Assembly (NCBI GenBank): GCA_023382455.1
Contig: JAHDVX010000005.1
Span: 133,861 to 197,860, forward strand
Direction of reading: 5' to 3'
From: Flavobacteriales bacterium
GTDB taxonomy: Bacteria; Bacteroidota; Bacteroidia; Flavobacteriales_F; PHOS-HE28
Length of the DNA: 64,000 nucleotides
A model generated the notes under the pieces. It saw only the letters and a program-made list of their open reading frames with translations, was not told the DNA's origin and did no database searches. Each line of letters begins with the position of its first letter. Positions within the stretch are counted from its first letter, which is position 1. A program made the translations under genes and the position numbers. Below, in pieces: positions 8,231 through 19,137 of the stretch.

Positions 8231-10390
8231 ATGAAAAGCCTCCTGCTTCATCCCCTTGTGCTGGCCTCAACATTCCTGATCCCGGCCATGACCATCGCCC
8301 AAGTGGACCGCACCAAAGCCCCCGCACCCGGCCCCGCCCCTGAAGTCCATCTCGGCGGGCACAAGAGCTTCACGCTGGACAACGGCATGCGCGTGATCAT
8401 CGTGGAGAACCATAAGATCCCCATCGTCAGCGCCCAGCTCCGCTTCGATTTCCCGCCGGTGCTGCAAGGCGACAAGGCCGGCTACCTGGAGCTGGTGGGC
8501 GAGCTGCTCACCAGCGGCACTGCCCGCCACACCAAGGCCGAGCTCGATGAGCTGGTGGACAGCCTCGGTGCCCGCCTCAGCGGATCGAGCGACGGGCTCT
8601 ATGCCTCCAGCCTGAAGAAGAATTTCCCCGCGCTGATGGACCTGGTCTACGAAGTGGCCACCGCCGCCAACTTCCCGGCCGATGAGTTCGAGAAGGCCCG
8701 AACCCGCCTGCTTTCCCAAGTGCAGGCCCGCACCGACGACCCCGACCAGATCGCCGATGTGGTGGGCCATTCCCTGACCTACGGCAAGGACCATCCCTAC
8801 GGCGAAGTGAGCACCGAGGCCAGCTTGGGCAAGGCATCCCGCGATGCCGTGTACCAGTACTACCGCTACTTCTTCCAGCCCAAGCAAGGCTACCTGGTGC
8901 TGGTGGGCGACATCACCGCGCAGGAAGGCGAGGCCATGGCCCGCAAGTACTTCGGCCTGTGGAAGGGCGCGGATGTGGCCGTGACCAAGGATGCCGAGGG
9001 GCATGACGTGGTGAAGGACCTCGGACCGGTGATCACCGGCGGGAAGCAGCCCAAACTGCCCGGCAAGACCCGGGTGGCCTTCGTGGACCGCCCCGGCAGC
9101 GCCCAGAGTGTGATCAAGGTGGTGTTCCCCGTGCAGTTGAAGCCCAATGATCCCATGGCCCTGCAGGCCCAGGTGCTCAACACCATCCTGGGCGGAGGCG
9201 TGTTCAACGCCCGCCTGATGCAGAACCTCCGCGAGGACAAAGGCTACACCTACGGCGCCTATTCCAGCCTGGACGCCGACCGCTGGTGCGGCGCCTTCAG
9301 CGCGGGCTGCAGCGTGCGCAACGAAGTGACCGACAGCGCCGTGGCCGAGGTCTTGGGCGAGATCCGGCGCATCCGTACCGCGCCGGTGACCGCCGATGAG
9401 CTGGCCCTGGCCAAGAACTACATGGCCGGCAGTTTCGCCCGCGGCCTGGAGGATCCCCGAACCGTGGCCCGCTTCGCGCTGAACACCTACCTGAACGACC
9501 TGCCCGAGGACCACTACGCCAGCTACCTCAAGCGCTTGGATGCCGTCACCGCGGAACAGGTGCAGCAGGCCGCCGTGCGTTTCCTCCACCCCGACAGCTG
9601 CACGGTGCTGGTGGTGGGCGACAAGCAGTCCGTGGCCAAAGGGCTGGAGCGCATCAGCCCCACCGGGCGCCTGCAGGACTACGATGCCAACGGCGATAAC
9701 GTGCGCCCAGACCCCTCCGAGGGCGCAACGCCGGCCCCTGCGGGCATGACCGCCCAGGACGTGCTCGATGCCTACATCAAGGCCATCGGTGGCAAGCAGG
9801 CCGTGGGGAAGGTGCGCGACCTGCGCATCGACTACACCACCAGCATCCAAGGCATGGACGCCGCGCTGACCGAGTACCACAAGGAGCCCAACAAGTACGC
9901 CATGGAGATGAAGGCAGGCAGCATGCTGCTGCAACGCATCGCCTATGACGGCGGCGACAAGGCGACAATGAAGAGCATGATGGGGGAGAAGGACCTGGTG
10001 GATGCCGACCTGGACGAGGTGCTCCAAAGCGCCTACACCTTCCCGGAGCTGCACTATGCCGACCTGCAGTACGCGGCCACGCTCATCGGCGTGGTGGACC
10101 TCAACGGAGCCAAGGCCTACCGCGTGAACGTGAAGACCCTGCCCGGCGGGCAGTTCGATGAGTACTACGACGTGAAGACCGGCCTGAAGCTGCGCCGCAA
10201 GGAGAACAAGACGCAGGAAGGCGGCGGGTTCCTCCAGGTGGTGACGGACTTCAGCGACTACCAACCCGAGGGCGGTGTGCTCTTCCCGCGCCAGGTGAAG
10301 CAAGGCGGCGGCCCCATGGCCATGACCTTGAAAGCCGTGGCCGTCGCGGTGAACAAGGGCATCGATGGGGCCGTCTTCAGCGTGGAATAG
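8231..10390 (+). CDS. M16 family peptidase paralog (719 aa) with ~230-aa C-terminal extension
   Basis: Signal peptide. Tandem arrangement with the upstream M16 gene, as in PqqL/insulinase pairs. The extra C-terminal domain is of unknown function. Confidence 0.8.
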   Translation: MKSLLLHPLVLASTFLIPAMTIAQVDRTKAPAPGPAPEVHLGGHKSFTLDNGMRVIIVENHKIPIVSAQLRFDFPPVLQGDKAGYLELVGELLTSGTARHTKAELDELVDSLGARLSGSSDGLYASSLKKNFPALMDLVYEVATAANFPADEFEKARTRLLSQVQARTDDPDQIADVVGHSLTYGKDHPYGEVSTEASLGKASRDAVYQYYRYFFQPKQGYLVLVGDITAQEGEAMARKYFGLWKGADVAVTKDAEGHDVVKDLGPVITGGKQPKLPGKTRVAFVDRPGSAQSVIKVVFPVQLKPNDPMALQAQVLNTILGGGVFNARLMQNLREDKGYTYGAYSSLDADRWCGAFSAGCSVRNEVTDSAVAEVLGEIRRIRTAPVTADELALAKNYMAGSFARGLEDPRTVARFALNTYLNDLPEDHYASYLKRLDAVTAEQVQQAAVRFLHPDSCTVLVVGDKQSVAKGLERISPTGRLQDYDANGDNVRPDPSEGATPAPAGMTAQDVLDAYIKAIGGKQAVGKVRDLRIDYTTSIQGMDAALTEYHKEPNKYAMEMKAGSMLLQRIAYDGGDKATMKSMMGEKDLVDADLDEVLQSAYTFPELHYADLQYAATLIGVVDLNGAKAYRVNVKTLPGGQFDEYYDVKTGLKLRRKENKTQEGGGFLQVVTDFSDYQPEGGVLFPRQVKQGGGPMAMTLKAVAVAVNKGIDGAVFSVE

Positions 10391-12329
10391 GCTCCGCCGG
10401 GCCTTGCCGTACCGGGACGGGGCCATCCCCGCAGGCAACCCGTGGCACACGTTGGGGCTGCTGGTCCGCCGGCTCGGCCTGGTCGTCCTGCTGTTGGGCC
10501 TGTTGCGGCTGGTCTTCTGGTTCCTCTACCGGACCTCCTTCGGCAACGTACCCCCGGGCCAGGTGCCGCAGGTGCTGTTGCAAGGCCTGCGCTTCGATGT
10601 GGCCACGGTGGTGATCTGGAACGCGCCGCTGATCCTGCTGTTCCTGTTGCCAGTTCGCTGGCGTGATTCGCGCGCGGGCAGGCGCGTCTTCCGCACGGGC
10701 TTCATGCTGATCAACGGCTTGTTGCTGGCCGTCTGCTGCATCGACCTCATCTACTTCGGCTTCAACCACAAGCGCGTGGGCCGCGACCTGCTGGGCCAAC
10801 TCGGTGCCGGAACCCGCAACCTGCCGTCCTTCCTGGCGGACCACGGCTGGGTGGCGGCCGTGTTCATCCTGCTCCTGGTGGTGCTGTGGCGGGCCGCGCG
10901 AGGAACGCCCGGCCACCGCCCTGCGCCCCCGCGACCGTGGCTGGAGATCCCCGTGGCCTTGGGTGTGCTGGGCCTTTGCCTGTTGCTGGGGCGCGGCGGC
11001 TGGCAGTACCAAGGCATTTCACCGGCCCACGCCGCTGACCATGTGGATGTGGCCTTCGCTCCTTTGGTCACCAATTCGGCCTTCACCCTGGTCCACTCGC
11101 TGGGGCAACCCGTGGTGGAGCAGCGGCACTGGTTCAGCCAGGACGAGCTGGACCGCCGGATGCCCTTGCGCTACGCCATTCGCAGGGATCCCGGGGACCG
11201 CAAGGAGAACGTGGTGCTGATCATCGTGGAGAGCCTGGGCCAGGAGTACCTCGCCTCGCTCAGCGGGGCACCCGCCTACATGCCCTTCCTGGATTCGCTG
11301 GCCGGCCATTCCCTGGTGTTCGACAGGGCCTTTGCCAACGCCGAGCGCAGCAACAAGAGCTTCTGCGCCATCCTGGCCGGCATCCCCTCCTTCACCGATG
11401 AGGCCTTCATGAACACGCCCTACGCCGCCAACCGCCTGGACGGCCTGGGCACCCGCATGAAGCAGGCCGGGTATGCCACCTCCTTCTTCCATGGCGGCAT
11501 CAACGGCGAGTACAAGTTCGATTCATTCAGCAGGGCCGCGGGCTTCGATCGCTACTACGGCCGCGATGAATATCCAGACCCGGCCGGCTATGACGGGCAT
11601 TGGGGCATCTACGACGAGGAGTTCCTCCAGTTCTTCGCCGACCGCCTGGACCGGGAGCAGGTGCCCTTCTGCTCCGCGGTCTTCACGCTTTCCTCGCACC
11701 ATCCCTTCCTGGTGCCCGACAAGTGGAAAGGCCGATTCCCCAAGGGAACGCAGGAAATCCACGAATCGCTCGGCTATGCGGACATGGCCCTGCGCCGGTT
11801 CTTCGGGCGGGCCGCGCGAAGCCCTTGGTACCGGAACACGCTTTTTGTCATTACCGGCGACCACACCTTCCTGTACAATGCCCATCCGGCGTGGTACATG
11901 AATGCCGCCGGCCGATTTGCCGTGCCCATCCTGTTCTTCCGGCCGGACGGCAGCCTCAACGGGCGCGACCATGCCGTGGCCCAGCACCTGGACATCCTGC
12001 CGTCCATCCTGGACATCACCGGGTTCCAGGGCGAGGTGAACACCTTCGGCCGCAGCCTGTTCAAGCGCGACCGCGAACCGTACGCCGTGCAGTACCTGAA
12101 CGGACAGTACCAATGGATCTCCGCCGACCGCCTGTTGTTCTTCGATGGTGAGCGCGCCACCGGCCTGTATGCCTACCGCACGGACACCTTGTTCCACCAG
12201 GACCTGACAGCGGCGGAGCCCGACACCGTGACGCGCCTGCGGGAACGCCTCGAGGCCGTGATCCAGCGCCACGCCTGGGCACTGGACCGCAATGCTCTGC
12301 TGCCGCCAGCCCCGGACGGTCAGCCCTGA
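10365..12329 (+). CDS. LTA-synthase / sulfatase-like (alkaline-phosphatase superfamily) membrane protein
   Basis: N-terminal multi-TM region followed by a sulfatase-like domain (VVLIIVESLGQEY, FTLSSHHPF). The ATG at 10365 overlaps the upstream gene by 26 nt; an alternative TTG at 10452 is possible. Confidence 0.75.
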   Translation: MGPSSAWNRLRRALPYRDGAIPAGNPWHTLGLLVRRLGLVVLLLGLLRLVFWFLYRTSFGNVPPGQVPQVLLQGLRFDVATVVIWNAPLILLFLLPVRWRDSRAGRRVFRTGFMLINGLLLAVCCIDLIYFGFNHKRVGRDLLGQLGAGTRNLPSFLADHGWVAAVFILLLVVLWRAARGTPGHRPAPPRPWLEIPVALGVLGLCLLLGRGGWQYQGISPAHAADHVDVAFAPLVTNSAFTLVHSLGQPVVEQRHWFSQDELDRRMPLRYAIRRDPGDRKENVVLIIVESLGQEYLASLSGAPAYMPFLDSLAGHSLVFDRAFANAERSNKSFCAILAGIPSFTDEAFMNTPYAANRLDGLGTRMKQAGYATSFFHGGINGEYKFDSFSRAAGFDRYYGRDEYPDPAGYDGHWGIYDEEFLQFFADRLDREQVPFCSAVFTLSSHHPFLVPDKWKGRFPKGTQEIHESLGYADMALRRFFGRAARSPWYRNTLFVITGDHTFLYNAHPAWYMNAAGRFAVPILFFRPDGSLNGRDHAVAQHLDILPSILDITGFQGEVNTFGRSLFKRDREPYAVQYLNGQYQWISADRLLFFDGERATGLYAYRTDTLFHQDLTAAEPDTVTRLRERLEAVIQRHAWALDRNALLPPAPDGQP

Positions 12330-12955
12330 AGCAGGACCTCCCTGGCGCGTGGCCCGTGGTTCATCACCAGGTCCAGGATGCTGAGGTGCGGCCGGAAACC
12401 GTGGCGATCGCCGAACACCTGCGCATACGGCCCCACCGCGGGCACCCCGGCCGGCAACGGCCGCTTGGGGTGCAGGGTGTGGCGCAGGTTCCACAGCTTC
12501 CGCTCCTCCACGGCAACCGGCTCCACATACGTTTCCTCCACCACCAGCTCCGGCTTCAGCCCCAGCCATCCCAAGGCCATGCGCAGGGTGGCCAGGTCCA
12601 GGTCGGCCAGCCGCTCATGCCGGTGCCGCAGCAGCTTCCCCAGGTCGTCGATGTAATGGATGAACCACGGCGTTTGCCCGTACGCGCTGCGGATGGCGTG
12701 CAGGTGCCGCGCATGCCACGGCTCGGCATAGGAAAGCCCCACCGTGCGCATCGGCATGCGCTCCCCGCTTCGGCGCGTGATGTGCACGTCCAGCGCCTGC
12801 GGCCCGTTGGCCCCCAGGATGACCGTGCGCGTGCGGTGGCTCTGGCGTTCGTAATGCTCACCGATGTCCACCACGGCCCGCCCGCTGCGCGCAATCAGGG
12901 CGTAGTGCTCAACCGTCCCGAAGTAAAAGGCGGAGAACAACGGCGTGGCGACCAT
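12320..12955 (-). CDS. WbqC-like family protein
   Basis: N-terminus MVATPLFSAFYFGTVEHYALI matches the WbqC pattern (MQPYFFPYIGYF-like). ~212 aa. The upstream part of the track ORF is R-rich and likely not coding. Confidence 0.7.
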   Translation of the reverse strand: MVATPLFSAFYFGTVEHYALIARSGRAVVDIGEHYERQSHRTRTVILGANGPQALDVHITRRSGERMPMRTVGLSYAEPWHARHLHAIRSAYGQTPWFIHYIDDLGKLLRHRHERLADLDLATLRMALGWLGLKPELVVEETYVEPVAVEERKLWNLRHTLHPKRPLPAGVPAVGPYAQVFGDRHGFRPHLSILDLVMNHGPRAREVLLQG

Positions 12956-13062
12956 GGCGCGCAAAGATCGCCGCACGGCACTTGCTTTGCATGTGCAGAA
13001 GGCACCTTCCCGCGAAACACACGCACGAAGTGCCAACCGGCGATCAGCAACCAGAATACCCC

Positions 13063-13737
13063 ATGAAACCCCTCTTCCCGATCCTCTCCACCGCACTCCT
13101 CCTGGCATCCTGCACCGGCACCGCCGACCAAGTCCAGGAGACCGAGGCAGCGAAGGACAGCACCGCGACGCCAACGGCCACGGCCTGGGTGGGCAGCTAT
13201 GCCGATACGCTTCCCTGCGCCGACTGCCCGGGCATCTTCACACGCCTGGAATTGCGCCCGGACAGCACCTACATCCGGCGCGACCTCTACCTGGAGCGCG
13301 ACAGCATCCCCTTCGGGGAGATCGGCCGCTGGTCCGTGCAAGGGGATGTGCTGACCTTGGCCACCGGTGATGTGCCCGACCGCTGGCGCATGGGGGCCAA
13401 CGGCCTGGAGATGTTGGACCAGGAGGGGAAGGCGGTTGAAAGCCCCTTGAACTACACCCTGCGCCGGGTAGCGGGCGTGGCCCCGTCCAGCATGCGCCTG
13501 TCCGGGGGCTATGTGTACTACGCGGATGCGCACAGCTTCACCCCGGACGGCAGCAACCAGGCCATTCCGGTGGCCGCGGACAGCATCTCCATGGAATTGG
13601 GGAAGCTGTACACCCAAAAGGTGCAATCACCTCCTGCGCCGATGCCGGTGCGCATTGTTGCCCACCTGCAGGAAGGGCCCGCCATGGAAGGCAACGGCAC
13701 CGAGGAATACCTCTACGTGGAACGCGCGGAGCAGTAG
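13063..13737 (+). CDS. nlpE: NlpE/CutF-like lipoprotein (copper-resistance NlpE N-terminal domain)
   Basis: Lipobox LLLASCTG; WVGSYADTLPCADCPGIFTRLELRPDSTY motif typical of the NlpE N-domain. Confidence 0.7.
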   Translation: MKPLFPILSTALLLASCTGTADQVQETEAAKDSTATPTATAWVGSYADTLPCADCPGIFTRLELRPDSTYIRRDLYLERDSIPFGEIGRWSVQGDVLTLATGDVPDRWRMGANGLEMLDQEGKAVESPLNYTLRRVAGVAPSSMRLSGGYVYYADAHSFTPDGSNQAIPVAADSISMELGKLYTQKVQSPPAPMPVRIVAHLQEGPAMEGNGTEEYLYVERAEQ

Positions 13738-13744
13738 GTGCCGG

Positions 13745-13906
13745 TCAGTTTGCACAGGCGCGCACGGCCATGACCACCAAGCAGGCCAGGAACAGCAGGA
13801 TGCTGATCCGGTTGATGCCGTGCATGAACCGCAGGTTGATGTTGCGGTCTCCCTTGCCGAACAGCGTGACCGGATTGAGGTAGTGAAGAAGGCGCTTGAG
13901 GAACAT
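13745..13906 (-). CDS. unannotated small ORF (53 aa, MFLKRLLHYLNPVTLFGKGDRNINLRFMHGINRISILLFLACLVVMAVRACAN) with a predicted C-terminal TM helix
   Basis: Below the 60-aa track cutoff. GC3 is ~88%, matching genuine genes here. ATG start and TGA stop. Sits between nlpE and uvrB and is divergent from uvrB. Confidence 0.3.
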   Translation of the reverse strand: MFLKRLLHYLNPVTLFGKGDRNINLRFMHGINRISILLFLACLVVMAVRACAN

Positions 13907-13984
13907 GGGGTGGGCAGCTTCGCCCGCACGGTGAAAGTACTGCCATTCGCTCCCTGGGGCCTGAAGCTAACTTTACGCCCCTCC

Positions 13985-16030
13985 ATGCCCTTTACGCTTT
14001 CCTCGGAATTCCAGCCCACCGGCGACCAGCCGGAGGCCATCCGCCAATTGGTGGAGGGCGTGAATGAAGGCGTGAAGTACCAGACCCTGCTGGGCGTCAC
14101 CGGCTCGGGCAAGACCTTCACCGTGGCCAACCTGATCGCCCAGCTGGACCGGCCCACGCTGGTGCTGAGCCACAACAAGACCCTCGCCGCACAGCTCTAC
14201 GGTGAGTTCAAGCATTTCTTCCCCAAGGACCGGGTGGAATACTTCGTGAGCTACTACGACTACTACCAGCCCGAGGCCTACCTGCCGGTGACGAACACCT
14301 ACATCGAGAAGGACCTCTCGATCAACAGCGAGATCGAAAAACTGCGCCTGAGCACCACCAGCGCGCTGCTGAGCGGGCGGCGCAACGTGATCGTGGTGGC
14401 CAGCGTGAGCTGCATCTACGGCATCGGCAACCCGGCGGAGTTCCACAAGAGCGTGGTACACGTGCATCGCGGGCAGAAGGTCTCGCGCAACGCGCTGCTG
14501 CACCAGTTCGTCTCGGCGTTGTACAGCCGCAGCGACATCGAGCCGGGGCGCGGCAACTTCCGCGTGCGCGGCGATGTGGTGGAGGTGTACCTGGCCTACG
14601 CCGACGAGGGCATCCGCATCCACTTTTGGGGCGACGAGATCGAGAAGATCGAACGCTTCGACCCGACGAACGGCAAGACCCTGGAGGCCGTGGACGAAAC
14701 GCCGATCTACCCGGCGAACATCTTCGTCACCAGCAAGGACACGCTCAACGGCGCCATCCACGCCATCCAGGACGACATGGTGAAGCAGACCGGATTCTTC
14801 CAGGAGATCGGCAAGCACCTGGAGGCCAAACGGCTGGAGGAGCGCGTGAATTACGACCTGGAGATGATGCGCGAGCTGGGCTATTGCAGCGGCATCGAGA
14901 ACTACAGCCGCTACTTCGACCGCCGCCAGCCCGGCCAACGGCCCTTCTGCCTGCTGGACTATTTCCCGGAGGACTTCCTCACCGTCATCGACGAGAGCCA
15001 CGTGACCATCGGGCAGATCGGGGCCATGTACGGCGGCGACCGCAGCCGCAAGAAAAACCTGGTGGAGTACGGCTTCCGCCTGCCCAGCGCCATGGACAAC
15101 CGGCCGCTGACCTTCGAGGAGTTCGAGGGCATGCTCGGGCAGGTGGTCTTCGTCAGCGCCACCCCGGCGGACTTTGAGCTGGAGCGCAGCGAGGGCGTGG
15201 TGGTGGAGCAGGTGGTGCGGCCCACCGGCCTGCTGGACCCGCCCATCGAGGTGCGCCCCAGCAAGGACCAGATCGACGACCTGCTGTACGAGATCCGCAA
15301 GCGCAGCGAAAAGGAGGAGCGCGTGCTGGTGACCACCCTCACCAAGCGCATGGCCGAGGAACTGACGGAATTCCTGGGGAAGAACGGCGTGAAGTGCAAG
15401 TACATCCACAGCGACGTGGAGACCCTGGAGCGCATCGAGATCCTGCGCCAGTTGCGGCTGGGCCTTTTCGACGTGCTGGTGGGCGTGAACCTGCTGCGCG
15501 AGGGCCTGGACCTGCCGGAGGTCTCGCTGGTGGCCGTGCTGGATGCCGACAAGGAAGGCTTTCTGCGCAGCAACCGCTCGCTTACCCAGACGGCGGGCCG
15601 CGCCGCGCGCAACATCAACGGCCTGGTGATCTTCTACGCCGACACCATCACGGACAGCATGCGCCGCACCATGGAGGAGACCGACCGGCGCCGCGCCAAG
15701 CAGATGGCCTACAACGCGGAGCACGGCATCACGCCCACGCAGATCAAGCGCGACAGGGCCTCGGTGATGCAGCAGACCGCCGTGGTGGATCAGGTGGACC
15801 ACCCGGGCGGAAGGGCCTACGTGGAGCCCGAGGAGAGCAGCCTGGCCGCCGACCCCGTGGTGCAATACATGCCCGTGGAGCAGTTGGAGAAGAACGCCAG
15901 CTTGCTGGAAGCGCAGATGAAGAAGGCCGCCAAGGAGCTGGACTTCATCGCCGCCGCACAGCTGCGCGATGAGCTCTTCGCCATGCGGAAGCTGATCGAC
16001 GAGCGGACCAAGGCCACGGCCAAACCCTAG
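13985..16030 (+). CDS. uvrB: excinuclease ABC subunit B
   Basis: 681 aa. GVTGSGKTF Walker A and a full UvrB architecture including the C-terminal UvrC-binding coil ([13 protein letters not shown]). Confidence 0.95.
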   Translation: MPFTLSSEFQPTGDQPEAIRQLVEGVNEGVKYQTLLGVTGSGKTFTVANLIAQLDRPTLVLSHNKTLAAQLYGEFKHFFPKDRVEYFVSYYDYYQPEAYLPVTNTYIEKDLSINSEIEKLRLSTTSALLSGRRNVIVVASVSCIYGIGNPAEFHKSVVHVHRGQKVSRNALLHQFVSALYSRSDIEPGRGNFRVRGDVVEVYLAYADEGIRIHFWGDEIEKIERFDPTNGKTLEAVDETPIYPANIFVTSKDTLNGAIHAIQDDMVKQTGFFQEIGKHLEAKRLEERVNYDLEMMRELGYCSGIENYSRYFDRRQPGQRPFCLLDYFPEDFLTVIDESHVTIGQIGAMYGGDRSRKKNLVEYGFRLPSAMDNRPLTFEEFEGMLGQVVFVSATPADFELERSEGVVVEQVVRPTGLLDPPIEVRPSKDQIDDLLYEIRKRSEKEERVLVTTLTKRMAEELTEFLGKNGVKCKYIHSDVETLERIEILRQLRLGLFDVLVGVNLLREGLDLPEVSLVAVLDADKEGFLRSNRSLTQTAGRAARNINGLVIFYADTITDSMRRTMEETDRRRAKQMAYNAEHGITPTQIKRDRASVMQQTAVVDQVDHPGGRAYVEPEESSLAADPVVQYMPVEQLEKNASLLEAQMKKAAKELDFIAAAQLRDELFAMRKLIDERTKATAKP

Positions 16031-16124
16031 GTGGCGGCCCGGCACACGCGGGGACAACCTACTTTCGCTGCAACCAATCGCCCCGGTTGCGCGTCACCCC
16101 TGCGCGACAAGATCCAAGCCCCCG

Positions 16125-18350
16125 ATGAACCAGATCATTACGCTGCTCGCCCTCGCCGCCGCCTTGGCTCCCTCCCAACTTTCAGCCCAATTGTCATTCG
16201 GCGGCCACCCCTACGGCGACAAGGCCGAGAAGCGCGGCATGCCCGTGGCCGTGGCGGTCCATTTACCCGCAGTGGACGTGGCCGCGCTGCTGGACGAGGA
16301 TGCCGCACGCGCCGCCCAGGGGATCAAGGGGCCGTTCCGCTTCGGTTTCGAGCACCACACCGACTTCACCTTGCAGAACAGTGGTTCCTGGTTCACCATG
16401 CCCAACGGCGACCGCGTGTGGCGGCTGATGTTGCACTGCCCGGAGGCGCTGGCGATCAACCTCCAGTTCAGCGAGTACGTGATCCCCGAGGGCGCACGCC
16501 TGTTCCTCTACAACGAGGCGGGCACAGTACGCGGCGCCTTCACCGCGCAAAGCAACCCGGGGCACACGGCCTTCGGCACGGCACCGCTGGAAGGTGACCG
16601 CATCACGGTGGAATACATCGAGCCGCCGGCGCGGGCCGGGCAGGGGAGGCTGACCATCAGCACCGTGGTGCACGGCTACCGCCTGCTGGGCAAGGGCAGC
16701 GACCGCGGCTTCGGCGACAGCGGCCCCTGCAACGTGAACACCATCTGCCCCGAGGGCGACCAGTGGCGGCCGGAGATCCGCTCGGTGGCCCACCTCGTCC
16801 TGGGCGGGGGCGTGTGCACCGGCACGCTGCTGAACAACTGTGCCAACGACAGCACGCCGTACTTCCTCACTGCCAACCACTGCACCGAGGGCAACAACTC
16901 CAATGCCTCCTGGGTCTTCATCTTCAACTGGGAGAGCCCCACCTGCGACCCCACGGAGAATGCACCGATGGACCATAGCATCACCGGTTGCGACAAGCTG
17001 CTGGAGAACCCGCCCACCGATGCCTCCTTCCTGCTCCTGAGCAGCACCCCGCCGCCCGACTTCCAACCCTACTTCGCGGGCTGGGACATCACCGGCACAG
17101 CCCCCGACTCCGTGGTCGGCATCCACCATCCCCGCGGCGACATCAAGAAGATCACCAGCTCCCACGGCCCCATCATCGAAGGGCAGATGAGCGGCGCGGA
17201 TTGCTGGCAGGTGACCGAATGGCATTCCGGCACCACCGAGCCCGGCAGCTCCGGCAGCGGCCTCTGGAACCAGGACCACCGCCTCATCGGGCAGCTCTTC
17301 GGCGGCCAGGCTTCCTGCGGCAACAACGTCAACGATTTCTACGGACGTTTCAACCTGACCTACCCGCTGCTGGAGGAATGGCTGGGTGCCTGCGGCGATA
17401 CGCTGGACGGCTTTGAGCCCGGTGTCGTCATCCCCGGCACCCTGGACGGCGCCGTCACCAGCATTGCCCAAGTGCCCAACGTGGTGTGCAACAGCGACAG
17501 CATCACCCCGGTGATCACGCTGAAGAACAACGGCGAAGAGGCCATCCAGTTCGCCAACATCAACTACGCGGTGGACGGCGCGCCGCTGGGCTCGATGCCT
17601 TGGTACGGCTCCATCCAACCGCTGCAGACGGTGAACGTGACCCTGCCCACCCTGCACCTGCCCAGCGGTGTGCATTGGCTGCATGTCTCGGTGAGCGACC
17701 CCAACCTCGCCGGGGATGCGAACCCGCTGAACGATACGGACAGCCTGCAGTTCATGATCAGCAGCCCGGGCCTCACCGCCGTGGTGCAGTTCGACCTGGA
17801 CCGCTTCGGCACCGAGACCACGTGGCGCATCGAGACCCCGGAGGGCTTCGCCGTGGCCACCGGCGGCCCGTACCTGAACAGCCCGAACGGATACGCCGTG
17901 ACCGAGGAGGTGTGCCTGGCGCATGATTGCTACCTGCTCACCGTGCAGGACGCCGTGGGCGACGGCATCTGCTGCAATTACGGCGAAGGGGATTTCCGCG
18001 TGGTCGACATCCTGGGGGATACGCTGCTGAACGGCTACGGCGATTTCGGCGCGAGCTACAGCGGCGAGTTCTGCATGAACTGGACCGGCGTACCGGAGGC
18101 GGCGGCCACGGCCTTGCAGGTGGCGCCCAATCCCAGCGATGGCCGCTTCACGCTCTACCTGCCGGGCCCGGCGGGCCGCACCGACCTGCGCGTGCAGGAT
18201 GCCTTGGGCCGCCTGGTTTGGACCGGCCGGACCATACCCGGCGCGGACCGCATGCTGATCGACCTCGGGCACCTGGCCAATGGCACTTACCTGCTAGTGG
18301 CGGAAGGGAAGGAGGCCCGCGCCGTGCAGCGCCTGGTGGTGAGGCACTGA
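16125..18350 (+). CDS. secreted S1-family serine endopeptidase (lysyl-endopeptidase-like) with T9SS C-terminal sorting domain
   Basis: Signal peptide; LTANHC (His), GSSGSG (Ser) catalytic motifs. The C-terminal ~80 aa (FTLYLPGPAGRTDLRVQDALGRLVW...YLLVAEG) is a Por/T9SS CTD. Confidence 0.8.
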   Translation: MNQIITLLALAAALAPSQLSAQLSFGGHPYGDKAEKRGMPVAVAVHLPAVDVAALLDEDAARAAQGIKGPFRFGFEHHTDFTLQNSGSWFTMPNGDRVWRLMLHCPEALAINLQFSEYVIPEGARLFLYNEAGTVRGAFTAQSNPGHTAFGTAPLEGDRITVEYIEPPARAGQGRLTISTVVHGYRLLGKGSDRGFGDSGPCNVNTICPEGDQWRPEIRSVAHLVLGGGVCTGTLLNNCANDSTPYFLTANHCTEGNNSNASWVFIFNWESPTCDPTENAPMDHSITGCDKLLENPPTDASFLLLSSTPPPDFQPYFAGWDITGTAPDSVVGIHHPRGDIKKITSSHGPIIEGQMSGADCWQVTEWHSGTTEPGSSGSGLWNQDHRLIGQLFGGQASCGNNVNDFYGRFNLTYPLLEEWLGACGDTLDGFEPGVVIPGTLDGAVTSIAQVPNVVCNSDSITPVITLKNNGEEAIQFANINYAVDGAPLGSMPWYGSIQPLQTVNVTLPTLHLPSGVHWLHVSVSDPNLAGDANPLNDTDSLQFMISSPGLTAVVQFDLDRFGTETTWRIETPEGFAVATGGPYLNSPNGYAVTEEVCLAHDCYLLTVQDAVGDGICCNYGEGDFRVVDILGDTLLNGYGDFGASYSGEFCMNWTGVPEAAATALQVAPNPSDGRFTLYLPGPAGRTDLRVQDALGRLVWTGRTIPGADRMLIDLGHLANGTYLLVAEGKEARAVQRLVVRH

Positions 18351-18468
18351 GGGCATTGGTGATCGGTGGTAGGACGCAGGCCGTAGGGATGCTCTCAGCC
18401 TGCGGATGGAGGCTTGTGCCTCGCAGCCAAACGCTCAACGCCGCCTTCTGCGACGCCCCTTGCAGCAA

Positions 18469-19131
18469 TCAGTACCGGAACCGGTAGTAGACCAGCTTCA
18501 CGTACTCGTTGTTCAGCATGATCAGGCCTTCCTCGGAGCGCCACCAGTGTGCCTCATCGAAGGTGGAGGAGGGTGCCCCATGCAGCAGCACGGTGATGCC
18601 GGCCTTGCGGAACGGCTCGCGGAAGACCCTGCCGATCCGCCGCAGGTGGAAGCAGCTGGAGATGACCATCACGCTGTCGATGCCTTCGGCCCGGGCATGG
18701 GCCAGCAGCGCCTCGAATTCCTCGTAGGTGCTGGTGCCGGCGTTCAGCACCGTGGTCAGCTCCCGTGGAAGGCCGGCCTCCACCGCGGCATTGCGCGTGC
18801 ATTCCGCCTCGGTGCTGTCAATGCCCAGGGCCTCCAACGCCGATGGCACGGGTGCCCCGGTGAAGACGAAGCGGTCACTCAGGCCTTGCCGGTGGACCCG
18901 GGCCGCCTCCAGGCCGCGGTCCTTCACGGAGCCGCCCAGCACGTACACGGCATCCACGTGGGCATCGGCATCCGCCGCGGACAGGTACCTGCCCAGACCG
19001 CGCATCACGGGTGTGCGCAGCAGCCATAGCGCGGAGGCGGCCAATGCCAGCCAAACGGTCCAGCGCAGCAGCCGTGACCGGGAACGTCTTGGCCTTACGG
19101 CCTCCCTGGTCGTGGGCTCGTCTTGCTGCAT
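18469..19131 (-). CDS. DUF218 (YdcF/ElyC/SanA-like) protein
   Basis: N-terminal TM, DAVYVLGG...FVFTG motif typical of DUF218. Confidence 0.7.
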   Translation of the reverse strand: MQQDEPTTREAVRPRRSRSRLLRWTVWLALAASALWLLRTPVMRGLGRYLSAADADAHVDAVYVLGGSVKDRGLEAARVHRQGLSDRFVFTGAPVPSALEALGIDSTEAECTRNAAVEAGLPRELTTVLNAGTSTYEEFEALLAHARAEGIDSVMVISSCFHLRRIGRVFREPFRKAGITVLLHGAPSSTFDEAHWWRSEEGLIMLNNEYVKLVYYRFRY

Positions 19132-19137
19132 GGCCGG

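Noticed and set aside
6876-8327. Long minus-strand ORFs antisense to the M16 peptidase genes (also 8267..10450, 13973..16057, 16263..18272, 19123..21252, 52181..55393, 3984..4781 and others)
   Set aside because: Their composition is Ala/Gly/Arg/His-rich and low-complexity, typical of open frames on the antisense strand of high-GC genes. Each overlaps a gene with clear family motifs on the other strand.
10365-10451. 26-nt overlap between the second M16 peptidase and the LTA-synthase-like gene
   Set aside because: It is probably a start-codon choice issue (alternative TTG at 10452) and not a real feature. It is not reported as a finding.
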